From an uncultured Lentimicrobiaceae bacterium (lineage in GTDB: Bacteria; Bacteroidota; Bacteroidia; Bacteroidales; F082): a stretch of 64,000 bases of DNA. Under the pieces are notes generated by a model. The model made no database searches, had not been told where the DNA came from, and saw only the letters and a program-made list of their open reading frames with translations. The stretch spans positions 8,892 to 72,891 of the forward strand of contig CAYWBO010000003.1 in assembly GCA_964456625.1 (NCBI GenBank), written 5' to 3'. The position numbers and the translations under genes were made by a program. Shown here one piece after another: positions 9,927 to 20,518 of this stretch (positions are counted from its first letter, which is position 1; each line of letters opens with the position of its first letter).

Positions 9927-10319
9927 TTATGCACTTCTGATTTTTTTTCTAAAAACGAGGTAAAAGCCGATCCACCCTAAGAGCGCTCCTACAGCGTCTG
10001 CGTAGAAGTCAAAACGGCTTCCACTTCGACCTACAAATACATATAGTTGCAATATTTCTGTAATCATTCCATATACTGAAGTAATTACTACAGAAATTAT
10101 GCCAAACCAATAACGTTTTTTACTATAAAAGTATTTTTCCCTGAAACCATAAAGTATCAGAAACACCAATGTGCCGAAAATAAAAAGATGCACCGCCTTA
10201 TCCGGTTCGAGCCATCCCCAGAAGTTCTGTACCCTTGGAATATAAGAACCCGGAATGCCGGTAAGAATAAGTATGACAAGTGACCAAATGATGGCGGGCA
10301 AAAATCTTTTTAACATCAA
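9927..10319 (-). CDS. VanZ-like small membrane protein
   Basis: 130 aa with four hydrophobic segments. The VanZ-family assignment is from memory. Confidence 0.65.
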   Translation of the reverse strand: MMLKRFLPAIIWSLVILILTGIPGSYIPRVQNFWGWLEPDKAVHLFIFGTLVFLILYGFREKYFYSKKRYWFGIISVVITSVYGMITEILQLYVFVGRSGSRFDFYADAVGALLGWIGFYLVFRKKIRSA

Positions 10320-10323
10320 AATA

Positions 10324-10704
10324 CTAAGCTTCAGTTAATTCCTTGTAGGCGGCAGCATCCAGCAGACCGTCCAGCTCAGAAGGATCGGTTATTTTAATTT
10401 TGACAATCCAACCTTCCCCGTAAGGATCTTTGTTGATGAGCTCCGGAGTGTCTTCCAGCTTTTCGTTTAGCGCCAGAATGGTTCCACCGATCGGAAGCAA
10501 CAGGTCGGAAACGGTCTTAACAGCCTCAACAGTTCCAAAAACTTCTTCTTTGTCCAGTGTTTCGTCCATCGTTTCAACTTCCACAAAAACAATGTCTCCC
10601 AGCTCTTTCTGAGCGAAGTCGGTTACTCCAATCAAGGCTTCGTTGCCCTCAACTTTGATCCATTCGTGATCATTCGAATACTTTAAATTTTCTGGTATGT
10701 GCAT
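10324..10704 (-). CDS. gcvH: Glycine cleavage system protein H
   Basis: 126 aa with YSNDHEWIK and the lipoyl-lysine context VEAVKTVSD. Confidence 0.93.
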   Translation of the reverse strand: MHIPENLKYSNDHEWIKVEGNEALIGVTDFAQKELGDIVFVEVETMDETLDKEEVFGTVEAVKTVSDLLLPIGGTILALNEKLEDTPELINKDPYGEGWIVKIKITDPSELDGLLDAAAYKELTEA

Positions 10705-10906
10705 TTCTTTTTCTGTTAGAATTAAGGCTTCAAATTTAGGATATTTTTTTATCGGTACTTCATGACTTTTGATATTAAATGTCTGTTGGTTAAATCAAAG
10801 TAGCGGGAAACTTTGGTGAAGATTTTTCCGGTTTCCCGGGAAGGAATTGAAGGCTCTTACGGGTTATCTGACGCATAAATGATACTTTTGCAGAAAAATA
10901 ATCGGG

Positions 10907-12838
10907 ATGATCTCAGTCAACAATCTTTCTGTTGAATTTAGCGGTACGGCGTTGTTTGAACAGGTTTCTTTTCATGTGAGTGAAAAGGAACGGATCGGGC
11001 TGGCCGGGAAGAACGGTGCCGGAAAGACGACATTGTTACGGATTTTATGCGGCGAACAGGATGCTTCTTCCGGAAATGTGGTCATTCCTGAAAATGAAAG
11101 AGTGGGCTACTTGCCTCAGGAAAAGAAAGTTCGGAGCAAAAAAAGTGTTTTGGAAGAAGCGCTGTCGGCATTTTCCAATGTGGAAGATCTGAAAAAGCAA
11201 CGTGATAAAGTTCAGCAGGAGTTAGTTACGCGCACCGATTATGAAAGCAAATCGTATCTGAAACTTTTCGAAGAGCTGAATGCACTTAACGATCGGTTGG
11301 CTATTCTGGATGAAGGTCAGTTGGAAGGCATGGCTGTAAAGGTACTGAGGGGCTTAGGTTTTCTGGAGGAAGAGTTGAACCGTCAGGTAAATACGTTCTC
11401 TCTGGGGTGGCAGATGCGCATTGAGCTGGCAAAACTGCTGTTGCTCCAACCCGGATTGTTATTACTTGACGAGCCTACGAATCACCTGGATTTGGATGCC
11501 ATCCAATGGCTGGAAAACTATCTGAAAAGTTATAAAGGTTCGGTGATCCTGGTTTCCCATGACCGGAGTTTTCTCGATAACCTGACCACAAGGACCATCG
11601 AAATCAACAATGGGAAAATATACGATTATAAGGTTTCCTATTCCCATTATCTTGAACTCCGTGACGAACGCATCAATCAGCAGAAGGCGGAATACAATAA
11701 TCAGCAAAAGCAGATCAAAGAAGTCGAACGCTTTATCGAAAGGTTCCGATCCAAGGCTACCAAAGCCAGGCAGGTTCAGTCGCGCGTAAAGCATCTTGAG
11801 AAAATGGAACGTGTGGCTATCGATGATCTGGATGCCTCCGGGATTCATTTCCGTTTTCCTCCCGCTCCGCGAAGCGGAAAAGTAGTGGTGGAAGGAAGCT
11901 CCGTTTCAAAGGCTTACGGTCCAAAAAAAGTGCTGAATCAGGTTGATTTTCAGATCATCAAAGGAGAAAAAGTAGCTTTTGTAGGAAGGAATGGGGAAGG
12001 AAAGACGACGCTTTCAAAGATCCTGGCCCATCAACTGGACTCGGAGGGCGAAATCAAATTCGGACATAATGTTCATATCGGATATTATGCCCAGGATCAG
12101 TGGGAGATGCTTGATCCGTCCAAAACCGTTTTTGAAACTGTGGATGACGTGGCGGTGGGAGATATCCGGAAAAGACTGACTTCCATTCTGGGCGCATTTT
12201 TGTTCCAGGGGGAGGATATCGATAAGAAAATCAGTGTGCTTTCGGGGGGTGAAAAAGCGCGCCTTTCGTTGGCAAAACTTTTGCTAAATCCTTCTAACTT
12301 CCTTATTCTCGATGAACCTACCAACCATCTTGACCTGTTGTCGAAAGACATTCTGAAAACCGCCCTGCTGGAATACGACGGTACACTGATCCTGGTGTCC
12401 CACGACCGTGATTTTCTGAATGGCCTGACGGAGCGGTTCTATGAATTCAGAAATCATCAGATCAAAGAATTCCGTGGAACGCTGGAAGAATATCTCGAAA
12501 AGAGAAACATTGAACAGCTTCAGGAACTGGAGGCGAAAAATCCACAAAAAAAAGAACAGAAATCCACGACTTCCGACTCTCAGCTTGACTGGGCAGCAAA
12601 AAAAGAGAAAGACCGGAAACAACGCAAGTTGAAAAAAGAGCTGGAAAGAATCGAGGCAGACATTGAGAAGCTTGAGCAGGAACTGCGCGCGGTTAACGAA
12701 AAGCTTTCCCGTCCCGAAGATTTTATGGAAGAAATTAAAAACGGCCACTTATCGAAAGAACACGGCAGGCTACAGTCGGACATCGACCGGAATTATGAGA
12801 CATGGGAAGAAATACATCTTCAACTGGAGGAGGAATAG
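10907..12838 (+). CDS. ABC-F family ATPase with Lys/Glu-rich C-terminal coiled coil
   Basis: 643 aa with two ABC cassettes (GKNGAGKTT and GRNGEGKTT Walker A; LSGGEKARL signature) and no TM domain. A TACTTTTG promoter motif lies at 10883-10890. Confidence 0.9.
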   Translation: MISVNNLSVEFSGTALFEQVSFHVSEKERIGLAGKNGAGKTTLLRILCGEQDASSGNVVIPENERVGYLPQEKKVRSKKSVLEEALSAFSNVEDLKKQRDKVQQELVTRTDYESKSYLKLFEELNALNDRLAILDEGQLEGMAVKVLRGLGFLEEELNRQVNTFSLGWQMRIELAKLLLLQPGLLLLDEPTNHLDLDAIQWLENYLKSYKGSVILVSHDRSFLDNLTTRTIEINNGKIYDYKVSYSHYLELRDERINQQKAEYNNQQKQIKEVERFIERFRSKATKARQVQSRVKHLEKMERVAIDDLDASGIHFRFPPAPRSGKVVVEGSSVSKAYGPKKVLNQVDFQIIKGEKVAFVGRNGEGKTTLSKILAHQLDSEGEIKFGHNVHIGYYAQDQWEMLDPSKTVFETVDDVAVGDIRKRLTSILGAFLFQGEDIDKKISVLSGGEKARLSLAKLLLNPSNFLILDEPTNHLDLLSKDILKTALLEYDGTLILVSHDRDFLNGLTERFYEFRNHQIKEFRGTLEEYLEKRNIEQLQELEAKNPQKKEQKSTTSDSQLDWAAKKEKDRKQRKLKKELERIEADIEKLEQELRAVNEKLSRPEDFMEEIKNGHLSKEHGRLQSDIDRNYETWEEIHLQLEEE

Positions 12839-12841
12839 CAA

Positions 12842-13816
12842 TTATTTTTTCCTGGAAATCATTTGTTTGGCAAGCTTTTCAAGTACTACTTTGCTTTCTT
12901 TGGGCCGATTTACCTGTTCTATGCCTGTAAGGCTCTGATTTACATAATCCTCTATTGCCTGGTTGGTGACCTTTTCAATCTCAAGGGTGTCAAAAATGCC
13001 CTTTACTTTAGCAATTTTTTCTTCCGGTACTGCCTGTATATCATGGTAACACGACCATAACTGATCTTTGGTCTTGTCATCAGCGAGTTCCATGGCAGCA
13101 ACGAAAAGGTAGGTTTTTTTGTTTTCGATGATGTCGAGTCCGGTCTTTTTTCCGAAGTCTTTTTGTTCCCCGTACAAATCGAGCAGATCATCCCTTAGCT
13201 GGAAAGCCATTCCCAGATTCCTTCCGTACTGCGACAAGCGATCAACGTCTTCCTCCGGCGCTCCGGCGATGATGGCACCGATACGCATGCTGGCGCCGAA
13301 AAGGGCAGCCGTTTTATAATTGCTCATCAGAAGGTAATCTTCTTTGGAAACCATATCCAGACTTTCAAAATTGATGTCCATCTGCTGCCCTTCACAGGCT
13401 TCCAGGGCCGTACTATTAAAGGTCTCCAGAATAGAAGGAAGCAAATCTTTGTCCGATTGCATTACGTAACGATAAGCCAGCGCATATAAGGTATCGCCGG
13501 CCAGAATGGCAAGCTTCTGGTTCCAGCGGGTATGCACAGTTTCCTGTCCATGGCGCAACGGTGCCTCATCCATAATATCATCATGCACCAGCGTGAAATT
13601 GTGAAGCAGCTCGATAGCCAGCGCCTGAGGAATGGATTTGTAAATATCACCGCCAAACAAATCGCACGCCATCAGCGTGAAAATGGGACGGAGCCGTTTC
13701 CCTGACTGAGAAAGTGTATAAGCGATGGGTTCGTATAATTCTTTGGGACTTTTGGTAAAATTTTGTTTTCCCAGTTCTTCTGAGAATATCTGGTATAGCT
13801 GCTCGAAAGAATACAT
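12842..13816 (-). CDS. Polyprenyl diphosphate synthase (trans-IPPS family)
   Basis: Two Asp-rich motifs are present (LVHDDIMD, FQLRDDLLD). The start is moved to the internal ATG (MYSFEQLYQ) because the track start at 13870 overlaps the rfbA 3' end. Confidence 0.85.
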   Translation of the reverse strand: MYSFEQLYQIFSEELGKQNFTKSPKELYEPIAYTLSQSGKRLRPIFTLMACDLFGGDIYKSIPQALAIELLHNFTLVHDDIMDEAPLRHGQETVHTRWNQKLAILAGDTLYALAYRYVMQSDKDLLPSILETFNSTALEACEGQQMDINFESLDMVSKEDYLLMSNYKTAALFGASMRIGAIIAGAPEEDVDRLSQYGRNLGMAFQLRDDLLDLYGEQKDFGKKTGLDIIENKKTYLFVAAMELADDKTKDQLWSCYHDIQAVPEEKIAKVKGIFDTLEIEKVTNQAIEDYVNQSLTGIEQVNRPKESKVVLEKLAKQMISRKK

Positions 13817-13832
13817 TGTTTGCAGATAATGA

Positions 13833-14693
13833 TTAATGAATGAGATCAAGGAGATATTCTCCATAACCACTTTTTAAAAGAGGCTCCGCAATCTCCCGAA
13901 GTTGTTCGGCATTGATGAATCCTTTTTTATAAGCGATTTCTTCAATGCAGCCGATCTTCAAGTTCTGTCTTTCCTGAATAACTTCCACAAATGAAGAGGC
14001 TTGTGTCAGGGAAGCAAAAGTTCCCGTGTCCAGCCAGGCAGTGCCGCGGCTTAACATCCCCACTTTTAATTTTCCCTGCGCAAGATAATATTTATTTACA
14101 TCGGTGATCTCGTATTCACCACGTGCACTGGGCTTGAGATTTTTAGCTAGTTCAACTACCGAATTATCATAAAAATAAAGTCCCGGTACAGCAAACTGCG
14201 ATTTGGGTTTGGCCGGTTTTTCCTCGATGGAAAGCGCGTTCATGTCTTCATCGAATTCGACGACGCCATACCTTTCAGGATCTTTCACATGATAGGCGAA
14301 TACGATGCCGCCGTCGGGGTCAGAACAGTTCATTAATAACTGCTGCAATCCGGATCCGTAAAAAATGTTGTCCCCCAAAACCAGGGCCACTTTATCCTTC
14401 CCGATGAACTTTTCTCCGATGACAAAAGCCTGTGCCAATCCGTTGGGAACTTCCTGAACGGCGTATTCAAAATTACATCCGATACGCGAACCGTCTCCCA
14501 GCAACAATTTAAAATTGGGCGTGTCGTGAGGTGTTGAGATGATCAGGACGTCCCGGATGCCTGCCATCAGAAGAATGGACAGCGGGTAATAGATCATGGG
14601 TTTATCGTAAATGGGCATAAGCTGTTTGCTGACTGCCAGTGTCAGGGGATGGAGTCTTGTGCCGGAACCGCCTGCTAAAATTATACCTTTCAT
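13833..14693 (-). CDS. rfbA: Glucose-1-phosphate thymidylyltransferase
   Basis: 286 aa starting [18 protein letters not shown], typical of RmlA throughout. Confidence 0.93.
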   Translation of the reverse strand: MKGIILAGGSGTRLHPLTLAVSKQLMPIYDKPMIYYPLSILLMAGIRDVLIISTPHDTPNFKLLLGDGSRIGCNFEYAVQEVPNGLAQAFVIGEKFIGKDKVALVLGDNIFYGSGLQQLLMNCSDPDGGIVFAYHVKDPERYGVVEFDEDMNALSIEEKPAKPKSQFAVPGLYFYDNSVVELAKNLKPSARGEYEITDVNKYYLAQGKLKVGMLSRGTAWLDTGTFASLTQASSFVEVIQERQNLKIGCIEEIAYKKGFINAEQLREIAEPLLKSGYGEYLLDLIH

Positions 14694-14717
14694 AGTGTCG
14701 AATTTTGGGTCCTCAAT

Positions 14718-17135
14718 TTACGAATGATCTTTTATTTTTTCCAACTCTTCTTTGACAACTTTATCCAACTGGGGATTCACATCATCCGTAAATAGTTTAC
14801 TTTTTGATGTTTTAAATGCTGGTGTAAGCAGCCACTTATCCAAAGTGATGAGTAAAGACGGCAAGACAATCAGGTTGGTAAACAGTGCCACCAGCAGGGT
14901 TAAAGACACCAAAAATCCCAGGGCCTGGGTCCCTCCGAAGGATGAGAGGATAAAGACAAGAAATCCAAAGAAAAGGACAATTCCCGTAAAAATCATGCTA
15001 TGGCCCGTTTCCGTCAAAGCAGCGAATACCGATTCGCGGATCCGCCAGTTATTGGCTTTCAGATGGAGACGGTATCGCGACAAAAATTGAATGGTGTTGT
15101 CCACACTGATCCCCAGGGCAATGCTGAAGATGATGATGGTGGATGGCTTAATGGATACACCAAAATAGCCCATCATGCCCGCCGTGAGTATCAGCGGTAT
15201 TGTATTGGGAATAAACGAAATGAGGATCATCTTTATGGATGAAAAAATCGCTGACATCAACAAAGCAATGACAACAATGGCCAACAACAAACTCATGAAA
15301 AGGTTCTTAACAAGATAGTTGGTGCTTTTCAAAAAGACCACACTGGTTCCCGTAAGGTGGACGTTATATTTCTCTGGCGGAAAAATCTTGTTGATTTTTG
15401 GACGGATGGTACGAATGATGCTGTCGATTTCGTTGGTTCCAATGTTAGCCATTTGCACAGAAATCCGCGTTACACGGTAAGTCGAATCTACAAAAGTATT
15501 CAAAAGACTCTTTTTCTTACTGTGAATGCTGGGGATGTAAGTCATGATAAAATTCTTTTCCTGACTGTTCGGCAGGGAATACATCTCCGGGTTCCCGTTA
15601 TAAAAAGCCTGCTTGGCAGATTTAACGATTTCTACGACTGACACCGGCCTTGCAAATTGCGGATAGAGCGCTAAAGTATCCTGCAATTGACTGATTTTAT
15701 TTAAGTTATATAAACTAAGAACGCCCCCCGGCTTTTTTGTATCTACTGAAATTTCGAGTGGCATGACCCCTTTGAAATTCTTCTCGAAAAAATTCAAGTC
15801 CTTACGTAACTGGTTGCTCTTGGAAATGTCGTCCACAATAGATCCGGTGGTTTTAAGTTTGGTCGTCCCGTAGACGCCTCCCAGGATTAAAACGAGGGTT
15901 GCCAGATAAACCCAGCCCCGGTAACCGGACACAAGAACGGCCACCTTTTTCAAAAACCTGGAAATGATATTTGTATCACTTTCAAGGTGCTTCAGGTGCT
16001 TGGCAGTAGGCAGCGGAAAGTAGCTGAATAAGATAGGCAACAGCAACATCGAGAGCACATAAATAACCAGAATATTGATGGTGGCGATGATCCCGAATTC
16101 TACAAGGAATGAGTTGGAAGTGATGACAAATGAAGCGAAACCTGCTGCAGTAGTGGCATTGGTAAGCAGATTTGCTTTGCCAACCCGGGTGATCATCCGG
16201 GAAAGAGCCAGCGTCTTGTTATGATGTATGCGGATTTCATCAAGATACTTATTCAGAAAGAATATGGTGTTTTCCACCCCGATTACAATGAGCAGCGGCG
16301 GTAAAACTCCTGTCAGAATGGTGAATTTGTAACCCATCAGGGTGATGCTGCCCAAAGTAAAGATAACGGCAACAATCACCAACACCATAGCGAAAAATAC
16401 CGCCCTTCTGGACCGGAACAACAGAAATAATAAAACAAATGTGACGAAAGCCGAAAGAAAAATAAAAAAGAAAGATTCTTTGAGAATAAGTTGACTCTGA
16501 ATGGTCCGAATGTAAGGCAACCCGGAATACCTCATTTTGAGGTGATACTTCTGTCCGTAGTCATCCACTGTTTGGGTGATTTTCCGCATCAGCGGGATGC
16601 GCGCCTTGGAATTGAGTATCTTGCTGTCTACCGTGATCATCATCAGGTGAACATGGTCTTCTCTGTTATATAACCGCCCTTGGTAAAGTGGAAGATTATA
16701 CAGCGCGGTTTTAATGGAATCGACTTGTTTTTGTGTGGTGGGTTTCGTGGGAACAAGATCCACAAAATCAAATTTATGTTCCTTTTCGTTTTTAACCAGC
16801 GTAAAAAGCCGGGCAGAAGAAATAACCTGAGTTACCCCTTGAATTTTCATCAGTTTATGGGTGATGTTGTACCAGTCGTCAAAATGTTCCAAGGTGAACA
16901 AATTAGGATCTTGTACGGCTACAAAACTGATACTCCCATCTCCGCTCTGGCCGAATTCCTTTTTAAACGTATTGTATTCAATACTGGTGGGATCGCTCGA
17001 GGGAAGCATTTTAGCAAGTTCGTAAGATAGCTCTACTTTTGACCCTTCAAAACCCATAAAAACAGTCAACAACCCAATTGTAATTAATATTGCAAGCCTG
17101 TTTCTAAGGATAAACTTAACGAGAAATTGCCACAT
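14718..17135 (-). CDS. RND-superfamily (MMPL/SSD-type) transporter
   Basis: 805 aa with two blocks of about 5-6 TM helices, each preceded by a large soluble loop. Confidence 0.78.
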   Translation of the reverse strand: MWQFLVKFILRNRLAILITIGLLTVFMGFEGSKVELSYELAKMLPSSDPTSIEYNTFKKEFGQSGDGSISFVAVQDPNLFTLEHFDDWYNITHKLMKIQGVTQVISSARLFTLVKNEKEHKFDFVDLVPTKPTTQKQVDSIKTALYNLPLYQGRLYNREDHVHLMMITVDSKILNSKARIPLMRKITQTVDDYGQKYHLKMRYSGLPYIRTIQSQLILKESFFFIFLSAFVTFVLLFLLFRSRRAVFFAMVLVIVAVIFTLGSITLMGYKFTILTGVLPPLLIVIGVENTIFFLNKYLDEIRIHHNKTLALSRMITRVGKANLLTNATTAAGFASFVITSNSFLVEFGIIATINILVIYVLSMLLLPILFSYFPLPTAKHLKHLESDTNIISRFLKKVAVLVSGYRGWVYLATLVLILGGVYGTTKLKTTGSIVDDISKSNQLRKDLNFFEKNFKGVMPLEISVDTKKPGGVLSLYNLNKISQLQDTLALYPQFARPVSVVEIVKSAKQAFYNGNPEMYSLPNSQEKNFIMTYIPSIHSKKKSLLNTFVDSTYRVTRISVQMANIGTNEIDSIIRTIRPKINKIFPPEKYNVHLTGTSVVFLKSTNYLVKNLFMSLLLAIVVIALLMSAIFSSIKMILISFIPNTIPLILTAGMMGYFGVSIKPSTIIIFSIALGISVDNTIQFLSRYRLHLKANNWRIRESVFAALTETGHSMIFTGIVLFFGFLVFILSSFGGTQALGFLVSLTLLVALFTNLIVLPSLLITLDKWLLTPAFKTSKSKLFTDDVNPQLDKVVKEELEKIKDHS

Positions 17136-17466
17136 GTACCCCTTTATTCGTAATCAAAAACTAAATATTCTATATTATTTGCTCATTTCCAGCTGCAAGC
17201 GATCCTTTCCGAGCGCCTAAAACGAGTGGGCAAAGGTAAGATTTGTTTTAAAGCATACAAAATATTGCTAAGATGAATTTTAGGTGAAAATTTTATCGGG
17301 TCGGAAAGTTGTTACTACAGTCACAGGAATCCGGCAGTATACTTAGAAAAATGTCATTTTTCCGAATGATGTAATGGAATAAAATAACTTGTTGTTATCC
17401 CTTCGAAGCGCTTTTTTCGGAAATTTGCATTCGAAAGCGCCACTTCATGAAAAATGAAAATCTGAA

Positions 17467-18414
17467 ATGAAAAAAGTTTTATTTATCGACAGCACACATC
17501 CTTCACTGGTCGAAGGCCTTGAAAAAGCCGGTTTCTCCTGCGATTATTTTCCGGAGTTCAAAAGGGAAGATTTTATCAGAATAATAGAAGGATATGAAGG
17601 CGTCATCATCCGCAGTAAAATCAAGCTTGACGAGGAAATTTTGTCACATGCAAAAAAACTGAAGTTTATCGGACGGGTAGGAGCCGGGATGGAAAACATT
17701 GATGTGGATTATGCCGAAAATCATGGCATTGCCTGCATGAATGCGCCGGAAGGCAATCGTGGTGCCGTGGGTGAGCAGGCTGTCGGGATGCTGTTGATGC
17801 TGTTCAATCATTTGCTTTGGGCGGATGCGGAGGTCCGAAAGGGCATCTGGCGCCGGGAGGAAAACCGGGGGTTAGAAATCGAAGGGAGAACTGTCGGAAT
17901 CATCGGTTATGGGAACACCGGAGGCTCTTTTGCTCGCAAGTTGCAGGGCTTTCGGCCGAAGGTGATTGCCTACGATAAATACAAAACTGATTTCTCGGAT
18001 GCTTATGCACAGGAAGCGACCATGGAAAAGTTGTTTGAGGAATGCGATGTGGTAAGTTTGCATCTTCCTCTGACGGATGAAACCCGGTTTCTGGTGGATG
18101 ATGATTTTATCGGGAAATTCAAAAAGCCATTTTTTCTGATCAATACCTCTAGGGGTAAAATCGTAAAAACCGATGACCTGGTCAGAAATCTGAAGTCGGG
18201 AAAAGTGCTGGGGGCCTGCCTGGACGTGCTTGAATTTGAAGGCTTATCCTTTGAAAGCCTGAACCAGGACAACCTGCCGAAAGCTTTCATGGAGCTGGTA
18301 CAGATGGATAATGTGGTGCTGTCGCCACACATCGCCGGATGGACACACGAATCCAATCTGAAACTTTCCGCTACCATCGTAAGAAAAGTGAAAGCTTTGT
18401 ATGGTTTGCTATAA
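17467..18414 (+). CDS. D-isomer-specific 2-hydroxyacid dehydrogenase (phosphoglycerate dehydrogenase-like)
   Basis: 315 aa with the NAD-binding motif GIIGYGNTGGSF and the catalytic-region motif SPHIAG. Confidence 0.85.
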   Translation: MKKVLFIDSTHPSLVEGLEKAGFSCDYFPEFKREDFIRIIEGYEGVIIRSKIKLDEEILSHAKKLKFIGRVGAGMENIDVDYAENHGIACMNAPEGNRGAVGEQAVGMLLMLFNHLLWADAEVRKGIWRREENRGLEIEGRTVGIIGYGNTGGSFARKLQGFRPKVIAYDKYKTDFSDAYAQEATMEKLFEECDVVSLHLPLTDETRFLVDDDFIGKFKKPFFLINTSRGKIVKTDDLVRNLKSGKVLGACLDVLEFEGLSFESLNQDNLPKAFMELVQMDNVVLSPHIAGWTHESNLKLSATIVRKVKALYGLL

Positions 18415-18440
18415 ATCTTTTCCGAACAGGAAACAGAAAT

Positions 18441-19196
18441 CTAAATTCCCAGCTGGTCCTTTAACTGTTTGACGCGGCTTTTGCTCACCATCACCTTGGT
18501 TTTGTCTTTTAAGATGATAACATAGTTTTCCTTGCCGTATTTTTCCAACTTTTCAATTTGCTGCACGTTGATGATGGAAGAGCGGTGCACGCGAATAAAA
18601 TATTCTTCGGGAAGTCGTTTTTCAATGCTGCCCATGGTTTCGTTTTTCAGAAACTTTCCTTTTGGGGTGTGTAGTTCTATGTAATCGTCCTGGGCCTCGA
18701 TGTGTGTGATCTCCATAACGGGAATGACGTCAATATGACTGCCCGTTTTCACAAAAATACGATCGACAGGTCCGCCTTCTTCACGGATCTTTTCCTTTAA
18801 CTTTTCGATTTTTTCGAAAGATTCCGTTCTGTTTTTCATTCTGTCGAAAGCTTTTGTCAGAGCTTGGTCGAAGCGTTCTTTTGAAAAAGGTTTCATCAGG
18901 TAATCCACAGCATTGAATTCAAAAGCACGGATGGCAAACTGATCGTATGCCGTTGTAAAAATGATTTCCGGAGGTTCGTCCAGGAGTTCCAGCATTTCAA
19001 ATCCGGTGAGTTTGGGCATCTGGATATCCAGAAAGATCAGGTCGGGAAGAGTTTCGGTGATGGCTTTGATCCCTGCAAAACCATTTTCACATTCCCCCAC
19101 AAGCTGGATGTTTTCGTGGGGCGCCAGGTATGCTTTCAGTAAATTTCTTGCGGGCTCTTCGTCTTCAACGATAATAGCACGTATGTCCGGTTTCAT
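18441..19196 (-). CDS. LytTR-family response regulator
   Basis: 251 aa with a receiver domain (DLIFLDIQMP) and a C-terminal LytTR DNA-binding domain (FIRVHRSSIINV). Confidence 0.9.
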   Translation of the reverse strand: MKPDIRAIIVEDEEPARNLLKAYLAPHENIQLVGECENGFAGIKAITETLPDLIFLDIQMPKLTGFEMLELLDEPPEIIFTTAYDQFAIRAFEFNAVDYLMKPFSKERFDQALTKAFDRMKNRTESFEKIEKLKEKIREEGGPVDRIFVKTGSHIDVIPVMEITHIEAQDDYIELHTPKGKFLKNETMGSIEKRLPEEYFIRVHRSSIINVQQIEKLEKYGKENYVIILKDKTKVMVSKSRVKQLKDQLGI

Positions 19197-19199
19197 GGT

Positions 19200-20249
19200 T
19201 TAATTTTTTGGCAGTTTCAAAATAGCTTTAAAGATCATTTTCTCGGCTACGGTTTCCAACAGGTCATTCCGTCCATAGATCAGCAAGAGCCGTTTTCTGA
19301 TGTTTTTCAACCCCACGCCTTCTCCTACCGGCTTCTTCGTATCCGGATCATAATCGTTTGTAATTTCTATTGCAATATAGTCATTTTCTTCCCTGCACCG
19401 GATGTCAACTTCGGTTTCTTCCGAGCTTTTATAAACCCCGTGTTTGATGGAATTTTCAATTAAAGGCTGAAGGATCATGTTGGGAATTCGGCTGTCGTAA
19501 CACTTGTCGGGAACGTCAAAGATAAATTTGAGCCTGTTGCCAAAACGGATTTTTTCAATCTCGAGATAGCGCCTTAGGTTTTCAAACTCTTCTTTCAGAC
19601 TGGCCTGCTCGTTTTTGCTGTGACTCAGCGAATAGCGCAGGAAATCGGAAAGTTTGATGACCATGTCCTGGGCTTTTTCGGGTTTTGTGATGGTCAGCGA
19701 ACTGATGGAGTTTAGACTGTTGAAAAGAAAGTGCGGGTTTATCTGTGATTTCAGGGCATCCAATTCGGCCTTGGTTACCAGTTTCTGTAGCTCGCTTTCT
19801 GTTTTCAGCTTCTCCTGAAGGTCGTCGTAATACAGGATCAGGTAGTAAAACATCACGAAAAGCAGATAGTAAAAAACCCCGGTAACGGAACGCCAGGCAA
19901 GCGAATGTCGCAAGAAAGTGATGTAATCAGCGTTGTTGGGAAACAAATTAACAAGGATAAAGTATCCAACACCAAGCCAGAGCACAATGATTACCAGGGC
20001 TACCAGCAGATGGTTGAAAATGATGTCGATGATCGAAGGTTTCTCTTTCAGGTTGAACCGGATGACATACCAGAGGCTGAATCCGATCACCATAAAAATG
20101 ACATTGAAAACCAGGGAATCCCCCAGGCTGGTCAGACTGTTAATCCCGTAAAATAGATTGATAATCAAGGTATGCAGCGCGATGATGGCGGCCCATACCA
20201 TGATGTAGGTTGCAATATAACTTCTGTTTTGAGATAAAGGATTTAGCAT
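19200..20249 (-). CDS. LytS/YpdA-type sensor histidine kinase
   Basis: 349 aa with an N-terminal multi-TM sensor and the QINPHFLFNSLNSI His-kinase motif. It ends 4 nt before the response regulator start. Confidence 0.88.
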   Translation of the reverse strand: MLNPLSQNRSYIATYIMVWAAIIALHTLIINLFYGINSLTSLGDSLVFNVIFMVIGFSLWYVIRFNLKEKPSIIDIIFNHLLVALVIIVLWLGVGYFILVNLFPNNADYITFLRHSLAWRSVTGVFYYLLFVMFYYLILYYDDLQEKLKTESELQKLVTKAELDALKSQINPHFLFNSLNSISSLTITKPEKAQDMVIKLSDFLRYSLSHSKNEQASLKEEFENLRRYLEIEKIRFGNRLKFIFDVPDKCYDSRIPNMILQPLIENSIKHGVYKSSEETEVDIRCREENDYIAIEITNDYDPDTKKPVGEGVGLKNIRKRLLLIYGRNDLLETVAEKMIFKAILKLPKN

Positions 20250-20282
20250 GACTTCAGAAAATCGGGTTAGTTACAAAGGGGA

Positions 20283-20501
20283 TTAAATCCTGACTGTTTC
20301 GATATGCCGTACTCTGTTCTCTAAATTATACTGGTCTACCATACCATCGATGAGAAACAGGTCAATAATCCAGCCGATGCCTAAAAGCTGGCCGGTGAGC
20401 AGATAGATGATCCCGCTTGTTACTTTTCCAAGGTAAAATCTGTGGGCTGAAAAGATTCCGAAAAAGAACCATAAAAAATACGTTGCTGCTTTTGATTTCA
20501 T
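20283..20501 (-). CDS. TM2 domain-containing small membrane protein
   Basis: 72 aa with two TM helices and the HRFYLGK...GIGWIIDL pattern. Confidence 0.7.
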   Translation of the reverse strand: MKSKAATYFLWFFFGIFSAHRFYLGKVTSGIIYLLTGQLLGIGWIIDLFLIDGMVDQYNLENRVRHIETVRI

Positions 20502-20518
20502 ATCAGGGAAAATTTGAA

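Noticed and set aside
13817-13870. N-terminal extension of the polyprenyl synthase ORF
   Set aside because: The extension overlaps the 3' end of rfbA by 38 nt. An in-frame ATG at 13816 gives a typical N-terminus and leaves a 16-nt gap.
17401-17440. GCGCTTT...AAAGCGC inverted repeat upstream of the 2-hydroxyacid dehydrogenase gene
   Set aside because: It has only 7 bp with an irregular interior and no second copy or associated motif. It is too weak to call regulatory.
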